Shown here piece by piece: positions 38,044-48,821 of a stretch of 64,000 nucleotides of DNA; positions within the stretch are counted from its first letter, which is position 1, and each line of letters begins with the position of its first letter. A program made the translations under genes and the position numbers. Under the pieces are notes generated by a model. That model did not search any database, had not been told where the DNA came from, and saw only the letters and a list, made by a program, of their open reading frames with translations. The DNA is from Myxococcales bacterium (GTDB lineage: Bacteria > Myxococcota_A > Polyangia > Polyangiales > Polyangiaceae). The stretch covers positions 8,913 to 72,912 of the forward strand of contig JAYTOU010000080.1 in assembly GCA_043747615.1 (NCBI GenBank), given 5' to 3'.

Positions 38044-38286
38044 ATGGGCAAGCTGGACGACATACGGAAGCAGCGTGAGGCGCAATTCGCACAGCAAGAG
38101 AGTGAGGCAGGCTCACCCGCACGACGCGCGGTGGCCAAGAGCGCGCCGGCCAAGCCGACGAGCGAGGTCCTCGAGGGAAAATGCGCGGAGTGCGGCAAGC
38201 TGAAAGCAGTCCAGAGCGGTCTCGTCGTCAGCCACCAAAAAGGGCTCGGAAAAATGTGCCCCGGCTCGCGAAAAGCGCCTGACTGA
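38044..38286 (+). CDS. Small protein with C2HC-type Zn-finger-like motif
   Basis: CAECGK..H..C; -10-like TACCCT 6 nt before ATG. Confidence 0.6.
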   Translation: MGKLDDIRKQREAQFAQQESEAGSPARRAVAKSAPAKPTSEVLEGKCAECGKLKAVQSGLVVSHQKGLGKMCPGSRKAPD

Positions 38287-38302
38287 GCTAGATCGCCCAC
38301 GC

Positions 38303-39112
38303 ATGCGATTCATCCCTGGAGTGGTCCCCCCCGCCGAAGTGACGAAGCGCGCGTGGTTTCTCGTGCATCCGAAGGGGCTTGTCCTTCGCGGCGACGACAC
38401 GCTCCCCGATGACGCCGATGCATCGGCCCTCATGATCGGCGTAGGCGACGCGCACTACCTTGGTCAGCTCGACGATGCGGCGGCCTTCGCAGCACCCGTG
38501 GAAGCCGTCGAGCGCGTTCCCGCCCCCTTCATCGTCGCCGGCGCGCGAACGCTCCACGGCAAGCTCGACGAAGCGAACCTCGGTGTCGCGGGTCGTGCGA
38601 TCCAGGTCATCGATTGGGCAACGAGCCATCGCTTCTGCGGTCGTTGCGCGACCCCCACACTGCGCCTTCGCACCGAGCGCTGCCTGCGCTGCCCCGTGTG
38701 CAAGCTCGCCGCGTATCCGCGAATCACGCCGGCGATGATCGTCCTCGTCAGGCGCGGCGACGAAGCGCTCCTCGCGAGCAACGCCAAGTTTCCCGTCGGC
38801 TTTTACAGCACCCTGGCCGGCTTCGTTGAGGTCGGCGAGTCCCTCGAGGAGACGGTCGCGCGCGAAGTTCGTGAGGAGGTCGGCGTCGAGGTGAAAGACA
38901 TCCGCTACTTCGGAAGTCAGCCTTGGCCGTTCCCGCACTCCCTCATGGTGGGCTTCGTCGCGGAGTGGGCAGCGGGCGAAATCGTGGCCGACCCCAGCGA
39001 GATCTCCGACGCGCAGTGGTTCAAGGCGAGCGCGCTCCCGATGCTCCCTCCGCCGTTCAGCATTGCCCGCCGCATGATCGACGCCTGGCTCGCGGAAGTC
39101 GCGCGCGGTTAG
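38303..39112 (+). CDS. nudC: NAD(+) diphosphatase / NAD-cap decapping Nudix hydrolase
   Basis: RFCGRC..CPVC Zn site, AGFVEVGESLEETVAREVREEVG Nudix box, SQPWPFPHS. Confidence 0.93.
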   Translation: MRFIPGVVPPAEVTKRAWFLVHPKGLVLRGDDTLPDDADASALMIGVGDAHYLGQLDDAAAFAAPVEAVERVPAPFIVAGARTLHGKLDEANLGVAGRAIQVIDWATSHRFCGRCATPTLRLRTERCLRCPVCKLAAYPRITPAMIVLVRRGDEALLASNAKFPVGFYSTLAGFVEVGESLEETVAREVREEVGVEVKDIRYFGSQPWPFPHSLMVGFVAEWAAGEIVADPSEISDAQWFKASALPMLPPPFSIARRMIDAWLAEVARG

Positions 39113-39130
39113 AGTCGGCCCGGAGGATGG

Positions 39131-39802
39131 CTAAGCAAAAGAGTACGGGCCGCCACGCTCGAGCGCCCGCCGGAATGCAGGACGAGAGTGGATGCGTTCG
39201 AGGAACGCGAAGAGCTTTGGCCGACTTGCAGCGGTAAGCCCTGCGCGCGAGGCAGCCGCCTCGAGTGGGAAACTCATTTGGATATCGGCGCCCGTCAGCT
39301 CTTCCCCGGCGAACCACGTGCTCTTGCCGAGCTCGCTCTCCTGATACGCGAGGTGCGTTTCGAGCTGAGGCCCGATGAAGGAGCTCTTCACTTTGCCTGC
39401 GATGGCGCGCAGGATCGGTCGCACGAAGAAGGGCGTGGGCGCGGTCTCGATGCGATCGAAGACCAACTTGAGGAGGAGCGGCGGCATGGCCGAGCCCTCC
39501 GCATAGTGCAGCCAGTACGTGTAGCGCAGGCGCTCCGGGGTGCCCGCCGCGGGAATGAGCCTCCCGTTGCCGTAGCGGTCGATGAGGTCTTCGACGATGG
39601 CGCCCGACTCGGCGAGGGTGCGGTCGCCGTCGGTGACTACGGGTGATTTACCGAGCGGATGCACCGCTCGAAGGGACGCCGGTGCAAGCATCGTCTTCGG
39701 GTCGCGCTCGTAGCGTTTGACCTCGTACTCCACACCAAGCTCTTCGAGCAGCCAGAGGACGCGCTGCGAACGGGAGTTGTTCAGATGATGGACGGTGAGC
39801 AT
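39131..39802 (-). CDS. Glutathione S-transferase (GTT1-like)
   Basis: HHLNNSRSQRVLWLLEEL, HPLGKSPV, ESGAI, ADIQMSF. Confidence 0.93.
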   Translation of the reverse strand: MLTVHHLNNSRSQRVLWLLEELGVEYEVKRYERDPKTMLAPASLRAVHPLGKSPVVTDGDRTLAESGAIVEDLIDRYGNGRLIPAAGTPERLRYTYWLHYAEGSAMPPLLLKLVFDRIETAPTPFFVRPILRAIAGKVKSSFIGPQLETHLAYQESELGKSTWFAGEELTGADIQMSFPLEAAASRAGLTAASRPKLFAFLERIHSRPAFRRALERGGPYSFA

Positions 39803-39825
39803 GTGAGCCTACAATTCAGAAATTT

Positions 39826-40212
39826 TCAGCGTTGAATCTTTACGGCCGCGATCGTCGCTCTCGCTTCGCTCGCTTCGGGAAGCACGGCCTCGAGACGACC
39901 GAAGATTTTGTCGATCCCCCAATCGCGAAGCGCCGCTGCGATGTCGGGCTCGCCGTCACCAAGCAACCACCGGCCGTCGCGGGCCAAGGTGAGACGCCGA
40001 CGCGACGTGGACTTCCGGAGAACCTCGATGCCCCCGAGTACGCCAAAAGCCTCCGGAGCAGCCTCGGCGCAGTACTTTCCGCTCGCCTCGACGAGCTTTT
40101 GTTCCGCCATCTCGAGGCCTACGCGATGCTTGGCATTCTTGTTCGCCGCGTGCGCGCTATGGGCCAGCAGGTAAGCCTGGGCCGCGCTCGTCACGTCTTC
40201 TTTGGATGTCAT
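39826..40212 (-). CDS. Hypothetical protein
   Basis: ORF fills the gap; -10-like TAGTCT 7 nt before ATG. Confidence 0.55.
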   Translation of the reverse strand: MTSKEDVTSAAQAYLLAHSAHAANKNAKHRVGLEMAEQKLVEASGKYCAEAAPEAFGVLGGIEVLRKSTSRRRLTLARDGRWLLGDGEPDIAAALRDWGIDKIFGRLEAVLPEASEARATIAAVKIQR

Positions 40213-40240
40213 GGGGGCGAGACTACCCTACTCTGCGTAC
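40213..40240. promoter_or_regulatory. Compact bidirectional promoter for two probable leaderless genes
   Basis: TAGTCT on minus (40220-40225) and TACTCT on plus (40229-40234), 7 and 6 nt from the divergent start codons. Confidence 0.55.
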
Positions 40241-40996
40241 GTGGACGACCGATCCAAAGACGTCTCGCCGATTCGTCGACTGATCCAGGAACGCGATTTC
40301 TTTGTGGCCTTCCAGCCCGTCGTCGATCTCATCACGCGCAAGATCTTTGCGTACGAAGCGCTCGTGCGCCCGAAGTCGAAAGCGTTCAACGGGCCGCCGA
40401 GCATGTTCGATGCAGCCGTCGCCGAGGGTTGCACCGGTGAGCTCGGCAGAGCTATCCGCGAACGAGCCGTCGACGATTGCACGACGCATCCGCTCTTTCT
40501 AAATGTCCACCCGAACGAGCTCGATGAAAAATGGCTCGTTCAGCTGGACGATCCGATCTCACGTCACTCGGCAGACGTGTACCTGGAAATCACCGAAGGA
40601 GTACCGCTCACCCATTTTCGGCTCTGCCAGGGCATCCTGCGCGAGCTTCGGGGGCGAGGCGTGTACCTGGTCGTGGACGATCTCGGCGCGGGCTACTCCA
40701 ACTTGAAGTACATCGCCGATCTTCATCCGGCGTTCGTGAAACTCGATCGCGAGCTCATCATGGGCCTCACCACCAACTCCCGACTCCACAAGCTGGTCTC
40801 TGGGATCGTGGTACTTTGCTCGGCCCTCGGCGCGAAGGTCGTCGCCGAAGGAATCGAGACTGAAGACGAGCTTCATGCCGTGTGCGACGCGGGCGCGCAG
40901 TACGGACAGGGCTATCTCCTGGCGCGTCCTGCGTTTCCGCCCCCGCCCGTCACCTGGCCGAAAAACTGGTCGAAGAAATTGCTCACCCGCTCCTGA
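40241..40996 (+). CDS. Stand-alone EAL-domain c-di-GMP phosphodiesterase
   Basis: FQP, EALVR, FLN, EITE, DDLGAGYS, KLDR, AEGIET, QGYL. Confidence 0.9.
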   Translation: MDDRSKDVSPIRRLIQERDFFVAFQPVVDLITRKIFAYEALVRPKSKAFNGPPSMFDAAVAEGCTGELGRAIRERAVDDCTTHPLFLNVHPNELDEKWLVQLDDPISRHSADVYLEITEGVPLTHFRLCQGILRELRGRGVYLVVDDLGAGYSNLKYIADLHPAFVKLDRELIMGLTTNSRLHKLVSGIVVLCSALGAKVVAEGIETEDELHAVCDAGAQYGQGYLLARPAFPPPPVTWPKNWSKKLLTRS

Positions 40997-41074
40997 TTCT
41001 CTCAGGGGGTGATGCTCGCGGCGGAACCCTAGCAAGAACAAGGGCGGCCAAGAAGACGTGCTATACCTTCCGGC

Positions 41075-41350
41075 GTGGTCGAACGACATCCGCTCTACAA
41101 TCTGAGTCTTCCGCTTCTCACCTTCGGGCTACTCGCTCAGGGCTCGGGCTGGCTCGGTCGCTGGAGCTTTCCCGTCGCCGGCGCGATCCTCTCCGTCGTG
41201 GGAACGGTGCTCGTGGTCCCCGGCATCGCCCTCCGCGCCAAGGACAAAGGGCACTCGGCCTTGTGGGGCGTCCTTGGACTTCTGTCGTTCGTGGGCGTGA
41301 TCATCGTCTCTCTTTTGCCCAATCGCGCGAACCGCACGCTCCACAACTGA
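41075..41350 (+). CDS. Small integral membrane protein
   Basis: Three hydrophobic segments, KGHSALWG loop. Confidence 0.6.
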   Translation: MVERHPLYNLSLPLLTFGLLAQGSGWLGRWSFPVAGAILSVVGTVLVVPGIALRAKDKGHSALWGVLGLLSFVGVIIVSLLPNRANRTLHN

Positions 41351-41387
41351 CGCTTCGTACGATGGCGTCTCGAGCACCGGTCGTCTT

Positions 41388-42080
41388 CTAGCGCTTCTTG
41401 CGGGCGGCGAGATCTGCTTCAACCTTCGTGCTCCAGCGGGTCACGTCTGCGTCTGCGAGCTTTGCGATCGCGGCGTCGTAGCACTGCATCTGCGCGGGCA
41501 TCGTGTGCGCGATCTCTAGATCTCTTTGTACGGTCGCGGCTGCTTCGTCCGCAGAATATTCCTTCGAGGTCATGGCGTGGATCCGGCGCTGACCGAGCTC
41601 TATGGCGGTGTTGCGGCGAACGGCGATGACACGTTGAAAGCGCTGGGCAGTGAACGCTCCGACGGCGTGCATTGCCTTCTCGAGCTCGGCGATGTCCGCG
41701 CACGACGAGTGAAGCCGGTCCGTGTCCGCGTCGAAACGCAGCGAGTCCCGCATCAGCTCCTGGGCGGCGCCAATCAGCTTCACGTCCTCGCGACTGGGTG
41801 ACGCGAACGATTGAAGGCGCGCGAGCGACGAGGCAAAACTGCGCGGTCCAGCCCACAGATCACCCTGAAGCGGCTCGAGCCCGGAAGCCTTCAGGGTCAT
41901 GATGAGCGACTCCTCGAGCGCGTCTTTGTCTTCAATCAGGGCGGAGCGGCATGCACTTCGGTCTGCGCTTGCTGCCGAGACGCACGACCCTGCTACCACC
42001 GGAGGGCGCGGATGATCGGCCTCGACCGCCGGCGCGCCGCAGCCCCCGCACACGAGCGTCGCGATCCACAGCGCTCGCAT
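41388..42080 (-). CDS. Hypothetical helical lipoprotein
   Basis: MRALWIATLVCGGC lipobox-like start. Confidence 0.55.
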   Translation of the reverse strand: MRALWIATLVCGGCGAPAVEADHPRPPVVAGSCVSAASADRSACRSALIEDKDALEESLIMTLKASGLEPLQGDLWAGPRSFASSLARLQSFASPSREDVKLIGAAQELMRDSLRFDADTDRLHSSCADIAELEKAMHAVGAFTAQRFQRVIAVRRNTAIELGQRRIHAMTSKEYSADEAAATVQRDLEIAHTMPAQMQCYDAAIAKLADADVTRWSTKVEADLAARKKR

Positions 42081-42090
42081 CGCGCGATCC

Positions 42091-42990
42091 TCAGAACTTC
42101 TGATGGACTACGTCGAGCTTGTCGGAGGAAGGGAATTTCAGCCTCCGGGTCGCCTTGTCGATGCATGCGGCGACTTTGTTGTTCGTCGGGCTCACCTTCA
42201 CGCTGACACCGAGCGCCTTGCCTTGCTTCAGTGCGACGCAGATCTCGGCGTTGGCGCTGTCGGCCAGACCGCAGCTCCCCATGAACGAGCTCGAGCGCAT
42301 CGGGCCACCGAGCTCTGAGTCGGTGAGATCCGCCTTGCCGCCCTTCTTGCCCATGTCGATCGTCTGCGGATTCTCGTCGATCGCGCGCTCGCAGCTCTTT
42401 CCGGCGCTGACGTTCAAGGAGACGTGAAGCTCCTCGGCGCTCTTCCCGGTGGATTTGTCGTGGTCGTAGATGGCGACGTGGATCGTGGTGCCTTCGTCGG
42501 TGAGCTTCTCGAGATCTTCGTACAGAATGACCTTGTCTCCCGTGTAGCCGTGCGCAGTGTGCATCAACGGGATCTCGACGGCCTTGGAGCCGGGGCCCTT
42601 CGGATAGACGATGACGGCGTCGCGCGTCTTCACGTCTGCGCCGAGAGCGCCGAGGTTCACTTCGTCATCCGTGGCGAAAATGGTGATGTGCACGCCTTCG
42701 GGGATGGTCTCGAGATGGATGGCGCCGGAAAAATCGTGCCCGCCTTTCGAGTCGTTGCTGCAAGGAACCATGGCTCGGTCGCCGTCGTCGTCGTGAAGAT
42801 CGTACTTGTGGACGTGGTCCTTGCCGGCGCAGTCGTGAACCTTCTTGGCCTCTACGGGGCCGTTGCCTTTGTGGACGTAGCTCGCGTTCGTGGCGCCGCC
42901 ACTGTTGGCGGTCTGGGGCGCCGGACTGCCTCCGCACGAGAAGAGGAAGAGCGAAACGGGGACGGCAAGAACGGAAAAGCTGGTGCGCAT
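42091..42990 (-). CDS. Hypothetical lipoprotein
   Basis: LFSC lipobox; paired Cys; C-terminal VAACI..RLKFP resembles AgmX/PglI/TonB-C-like domains. Confidence 0.7.
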   Translation of the reverse strand: MRTSFSVLAVPVSLFLFSCGGSPAPQTANSGGATNASYVHKGNGPVEAKKVHDCAGKDHVHKYDLHDDDGDRAMVPCSNDSKGGHDFSGAIHLETIPEGVHITIFATDDEVNLGALGADVKTRDAVIVYPKGPGSKAVEIPLMHTAHGYTGDKVILYEDLEKLTDEGTTIHVAIYDHDKSTGKSAEELHVSLNVSAGKSCERAIDENPQTIDMGKKGGKADLTDSELGGPMRSSSFMGSCGLADSANAEICVALKQGKALGVSVKVSPTNNKVAACIDKATRRLKFPSSDKLDVVHQKF

Positions 42991-43058
42991 GAGGCGAGCT
43001 TACCAGAAACACTTTTCGCTCCAACATGACTAATTCAACGTAGAACGTGCGGACGACC

Positions 43059-43286
43059 ATGGTCTCCGAACCGAAGAAGAAGGTGTCGGGGCTCGGCGGC
43101 ATCCAGCCGATGGGCAACGATCCCAAGACGTTCCCGGAGGCCGACTACCTCTCCAACCCGGGGAGAAAGCCGCGGAGAGTTCGAACATGGGCCATCGCCA
43201 TTATCGCGATCGTCGTGCTCACGCTCGTTGGGATCCTTGCGATCTACACGTTCGCACGACGAGTCGACTACCAAGGACACCACTAG
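43059..43286 (+). CDS. Small single-pass membrane protein
   Basis: One strong TM helix after a basic stretch. Confidence 0.5.
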   Translation: MVSEPKKKVSGLGGIQPMGNDPKTFPEADYLSNPGRKPRRVRTWAIAIIAIVVLTLVGILAIYTFARRVDYQGHH

Positions 43287-43387
43287 TCCGACGTGCGCAT
43301 GGACCGCGGGCGCGGTGGATGCCAGGCGTCTTTTGCCGACACGCTGCTAGGGTCGAGTATGGGCCTTGGTGGTTCTGGAGTACGTCT

Positions 43388-44713
<1,326 letters not shown>

Positions 44714-44912
44714 GAAGCCACGATAGCGGAATCGCTCGCCGGCGAAAAACACCGCAGGCCTGAGCGACGACCTCCGGGGGCTACCGGGTCTTGGCGGCCC
44801 CTCCGTAGACCGATTTTTTCGAGGCCACGACCGAAGTTCCTGCGAGCGCCTTCGCTACCGTGCCGACCGTCATCGAGTGAGCCTGGGACGCCGTCGGTGC
44901 TAGAATACGGGC

Positions 44913-45074
44913 ATGTGTCTCATCTGCATCGAGTTCGACAAGAGTGCGATGAACCTGGCCGAGGCTCGGCGCGCACTCGGTGAAATGCGGGCAGGTCTCG
45001 ACAAGAAGCACGTCGAGGAGGTCGAGGCGAAGCTCGACGACGCCGAGAAATTGCAAAAGTCACGGACGCCCTGA
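44913..45074 (+). CDS. 53-aa small protein with N-terminal CxxC (absent from ORF track)
   Basis: MCLICIEFDKSAMNLAEARRALGEMRAGLDKKHVEEVEAKLDDAEKLQKSRTP*; extended -10 TGCTAGAAT at 44898-44906. Confidence 0.7.
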   Translation: MCLICIEFDKSAMNLAEARRALGEMRAGLDKKHVEEVEAKLDDAEKLQKSRTP

Positions 45075-45075
45075 G

Positions 45076-46557
45076 CTACCCACCGGGATGAGCCCGGTCC
45101 GGCGCAGGCAAACCGTTTAACGCTTCACCCGCTTCGAGCGCGGGCGGTTCGTCCGCAGCGCCTTTCCCGATCGTCAGTCGATTCCGCCCGTCGGCTTTCG
45201 ACGCGTACATCGCGTGATCCGCGCGCGCCACGAAGCTCTCGAGGCTCTCGCCCGCAGCCAGCTCGACGAGACCGACGGATGCAGTCACGTGCACCCGCTC
45301 CGAAGCGGCGTTGACGACGACCATGCTCTCGATCGCCTCGCGGACACGCTCCGCCACGACCGCAGCGCCAGCGAGTGGAGTGCTGAGCAACGCGACGACG
45401 AATTCCTCTCCGCCCCAGCGCGCGGCGACGTCGGTTTGGCGCGCGACTTTGCCCAGCAGAGCGCCGATCGAAGCGAGGACGCGGTCGCCCATCGCGTGAC
45501 CATGCCCGTCGGTGATTTGCTTGAAGTGGTCGATGTCGAGGAGGAGGAGGGAGAGCGGGTAGTTGTGCCGTCTCGAGCGCGCGAGCTCTAGCCTGACGAT
45601 GTTGCTGAACGCCCTCCGGTTCGTCAGCCCCGTCAGCGCGTCCGTCGAGGCGAGGCGCTGGGATTCGTCCACGAGCGACGTCATCCGAAGAGGGCCGCCG
45701 AGCTCCCGAGCAACGAGCGCGACCAGCTTTTCTGCCGCGGTTACGTCTCCCGGCGTCAGGGGGCTCAGCGCGATCCTGCCGACGTGCGAGTCTCCGAAGG
45801 GAATGTCTCGCACCACCGGTGGAGCGGCCCTGTCGCCGTCGAACGCGTCTTCGTCTTCAACCCTCGAGACGGCGCTTGCGGGGGTGAGGCCCAGCGCCGT
45901 ACGTGCTTCTTCCTCGGCGAGCGCGGCGGTGCGCGGATGATGATGAAGAGCGAGCTGCCCTGAGCTCATCATGGAGACGGCCAGCCACCGGTAACGACTC
46001 ATCTGGGACATGAACTGCGCGAGCAAGTCGAACATTCGCTCGAACGTTCCGCTCGCCGCGAGGGAACGCACTTCGGAGGCAATGATGGACTCGAAGAGCG
46101 CGGCGTCGATGTGACGCGCGATGCGATCGCGGATGTCGACCTTTCCACCTCCGAGCTGAAAGAAGAACGCGTCGTCGCCCTTTGGGGCCTTGATCGTTCG
46201 ACCAAGCGCGCGCACGAGATCTCCCGTGCGGTGCTTCGCGACGTAGGCGTCGGCGCCAGCGCGATCCGCCCAGTAACGATTCTGCGGATCGTCGACGTCT
46301 CCGCAGAGGATCACCGCGACGTCCGCGGTCGCTGGCTCCGAGCGAAGAAGGCGACAGAGCTGAAGTCCCGAGATGCTCGGCATCCACAAGTCGGCGACGA
46401 ACGCTGCCGGAGGTGAGCTCAGCGCCATGTCCGCGCCGGTCGCTGGGTCGGCGGCATCTTCCACCTCGTAGCCCTGCGCCCTCAAACGTTGCGAGAGCAT
46501 CTTGCGCGTCGGATCCAATGGATCGACAAGGATGATGCGCCTCGTTCGGGGGATCAC
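45076..46557 (-). CDS. Response-regulator diguanylate cyclase (REC + GGDEF)
   Basis: REC with DLWMP; TDALTGL.NRR, DIDHFK, RQTD I-site, RWGGEEF. Confidence 0.9.
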   Translation of the reverse strand: MIPRTRRIILVDPLDPTRKMLSQRLRAQGYEVEDAADPATGADMALSSPPAAFVADLWMPSISGLQLCRLLRSEPATADVAVILCGDVDDPQNRYWADRAGADAYVAKHRTGDLVRALGRTIKAPKGDDAFFFQLGGGKVDIRDRIARHIDAALFESIIASEVRSLAASGTFERMFDLLAQFMSQMSRYRWLAVSMMSSGQLALHHHPRTAALAEEEARTALGLTPASAVSRVEDEDAFDGDRAAPPVVRDIPFGDSHVGRIALSPLTPGDVTAAEKLVALVARELGGPLRMTSLVDESQRLASTDALTGLTNRRAFSNIVRLELARSRRHNYPLSLLLLDIDHFKQITDGHGHAMGDRVLASIGALLGKVARQTDVAARWGGEEFVVALLSTPLAGAAVVAERVREAIESMVVVNAASERVHVTASVGLVELAAGESLESFVARADHAMYASKADGRNRLTIGKGAADEPPALEAGEALNGLPAPDRAHPGG

Positions 46558-46669
46558 AGTGTGGTCTACGCCCGCCCCTCGCGCCGATTAATGGGCCGGC
46601 GCGCTGATCAAAATCTGGTAGATCAAGCATGGGCGTAGTTTTCTTCCGCTCACTTTGGAGGCATCGGAA

Positions 46670-48811
46670 ATGCGGAAGCAAGCGTGGTTGCGAATCGCGG
46701 TCGCTGTGGCAACCGTCGTGGGCATCGGGGCTTGCGGGGGAGGCGGCGGGAGTGAGTTCAACCCCGGACCGAACGACGACGGCGGCGGTAGCGGCGACGA
46801 TGCTTCGTTCATCGATTCTGGGTTCGGTGGCGACGGCGGCCCGACCATGCCAGTCGCCTCGCTCACGATCGACCCCCCGACCGCGACCCTCGATGTCAGC
46901 GTCGCGCCCTTCCCGACCCAGCAGTTCACGACGACGGCGCACTACGTCGATGGAACGAGCGGCGTCATCACGCCGTCCTGGTCTGCGTCGAACACACCCG
47001 TCGGCAACATCGTCAACACCGGGCTCTACAAAACGCGCGGCACGCAAGGAGGCGCGGTCACCATCACTGCGACCGCTGGCGGAAAGACCGCGACAGCAGC
47101 CCTGACGGTGACGTTTCACTTGCTCGAGAACTCCGCATCGGCCGACGCTGCGACGCAGGCCGGCTTGCTGGCCGCGACCGCGCCAGATGCGGCGGTGACC
47201 TGGACCTACCCTTACGACGCGACGGCATTTCCGCGTGGTCTCAACGCGCCGCAGCTGATGTGGAACGGAGCCGCGGCCGGCGACGTGTACCTCGTGCACA
47301 TCCAGAGCCCGACCTACGAGCTCCAGGCGTTCACGAACGCGGCCGTGGCCACGACCCTCGCGGGGGCGGCTCCAGCGGGCGGGCGAACCTTCGCGTTTGC
47401 GGCCGCAACGTGGGGTGGCTTCGTCGACTCGACGTCGGGCAGTGCGACGCTCACCGTCTCCCGAAAAAGCGGCTCGACCTACACACGCTTGGTGCAGCAG
47501 ACGTGGGCGATCGCGAGCCGCTCGATGAGCGGGAGCATCTACTACTGGGCGATCAACAAGGCCGCCGTCGTGCGCATCAAGCCCGGCGCGCTCGCACCTG
47601 ATTATTTCCTGTCCGCCGCGACGGTTCCTCTGGGGCCCTCCACGGGGACCGTCATGGTTTGCCCTTCCTGCCACACGGCGTCGGCGGATGGATCGACCTT
47701 GGTGATGGGAACCGGAAGGTGGGACAGCACCGTCGACGTTTGGTCGACGCTCTACAATCTCAAGACGAGCGCGACGTCGTTCAACGGGTACCAGACAGCC
47801 AGTCCCGCGACGCAGTTCCCCCTGGCGGCAGTTACCCCCGATGGAAAGATGGTCGTCGAGAACTGGGCGTCCGTGCGTGGCAGCCCCATGGGCCAGACCG
47901 ATCTTCCCGTCGACATCAGCGCGCCCGTGCTCGCAACACCGACGCTTCCCAGCGTGACCGGTACGAATCTGGAGACGTTGGTCGGCGCCTCGAATCACAC
48001 GTTCTTCCCGGTGTTTTCTGCGGACAACGCGCTCTTCGCCTACGTCGATTCCGGCTCGGGAGCTTTGATCTCGCTCGATTGGAATCCGGTGACGAAGAAG
48101 TTTGCGAACCCGAGGACGCTCATCGCCGGGGGCGCCACCAAGATCGCCTATCCGACGATCTCGCCCGACCATCGCTGGGTCGTCTACCAACGCGGTCCCA
48201 ACTACGGCTCGCTCGACACGTCGTTCACCGGCGACCTCTACGCCGTCGACACGACCAAGCCGGGCACCGAGATCGCCCTCGACGGGATCAACAACACCTA
48301 TTCGGCCGCGGCCGGAGTCGCGCGCGATCAGCACCGGAGCTACGAGCCCACCTTTGCGCCGGTCCCCTCGGGCGGGTTCTTCTGGCTCGTCTTTCACTCG
48401 CGACGCACCTTCGGAAACGCGCTCGTCAACGTGCCTTACGTCAACGGCACCGAAGGCAGCGGCACCAAGCAGCTCTGGGTCGCCGCAATCAACGTTCCCA
48501 CCGCCGCACCCTCCACGACGGACCCGAGCCACGCCCCATTCTGGCTGCCCGGTCAGGATCCCACGACCCGCAACATGCGCGGCTACTGGGCGCTCGATCC
48601 CTGCCAAACCGACGGGACCTCGTGCGTGACCGGCACCGACTGCTGCGGCGGATTCTGCGACGGAACGAACGACGCAGGCGTCGCGGTGTGCGGCTCGTCG
48701 AGCACCAGCTGCAGCCAGGTTGGCGATCGCTGCAACGTCACCGCCGATTGCTGCGGGGCTGCAGGCGTCACGTGCATCAACCACGCGTGCGCCGAGCCTC
48801 CGCCGCGCTGA
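46670..48811 (+). CDS. Large lipoprotein: Ig-like domain, CxxCH, TolB/PD40-like propeller, Cys-rich tail
   Basis: IGAC lipobox; CPSCH; FPVFSAD, YPTISPD, YEPTFAP repeats; PFWLPGQD; CC-containing C-terminus. Confidence 0.8.
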   Translation: MRKQAWLRIAVAVATVVGIGACGGGGGSEFNPGPNDDGGGSGDDASFIDSGFGGDGGPTMPVASLTIDPPTATLDVSVAPFPTQQFTTTAHYVDGTSGVITPSWSASNTPVGNIVNTGLYKTRGTQGGAVTITATAGGKTATAALTVTFHLLENSASADAATQAGLLAATAPDAAVTWTYPYDATAFPRGLNAPQLMWNGAAAGDVYLVHIQSPTYELQAFTNAAVATTLAGAAPAGGRTFAFAAATWGGFVDSTSGSATLTVSRKSGSTYTRLVQQTWAIASRSMSGSIYYWAINKAAVVRIKPGALAPDYFLSAATVPLGPSTGTVMVCPSCHTASADGSTLVMGTGRWDSTVDVWSTLYNLKTSATSFNGYQTASPATQFPLAAVTPDGKMVVENWASVRGSPMGQTDLPVDISAPVLATPTLPSVTGTNLETLVGASNHTFFPVFSADNALFAYVDSGSGALISLDWNPVTKKFANPRTLIAGGATKIAYPTISPDHRWVVYQRGPNYGSLDTSFTGDLYAVDTTKPGTEIALDGINNTYSAAAGVARDQHRSYEPTFAPVPSGGFFWLVFHSRRTFGNALVNVPYVNGTEGSGTKQLWVAAINVPTAAPSTTDPSHAPFWLPGQDPTTRNMRGYWALDPCQTDGTSCVTGTDCCGGFCDGTNDAGVAVCGSSSTSCSQVGDRCNVTADCCGAAGVTCINHACAEPPPR

Positions 48812-48821
48812 GCACCACCAG

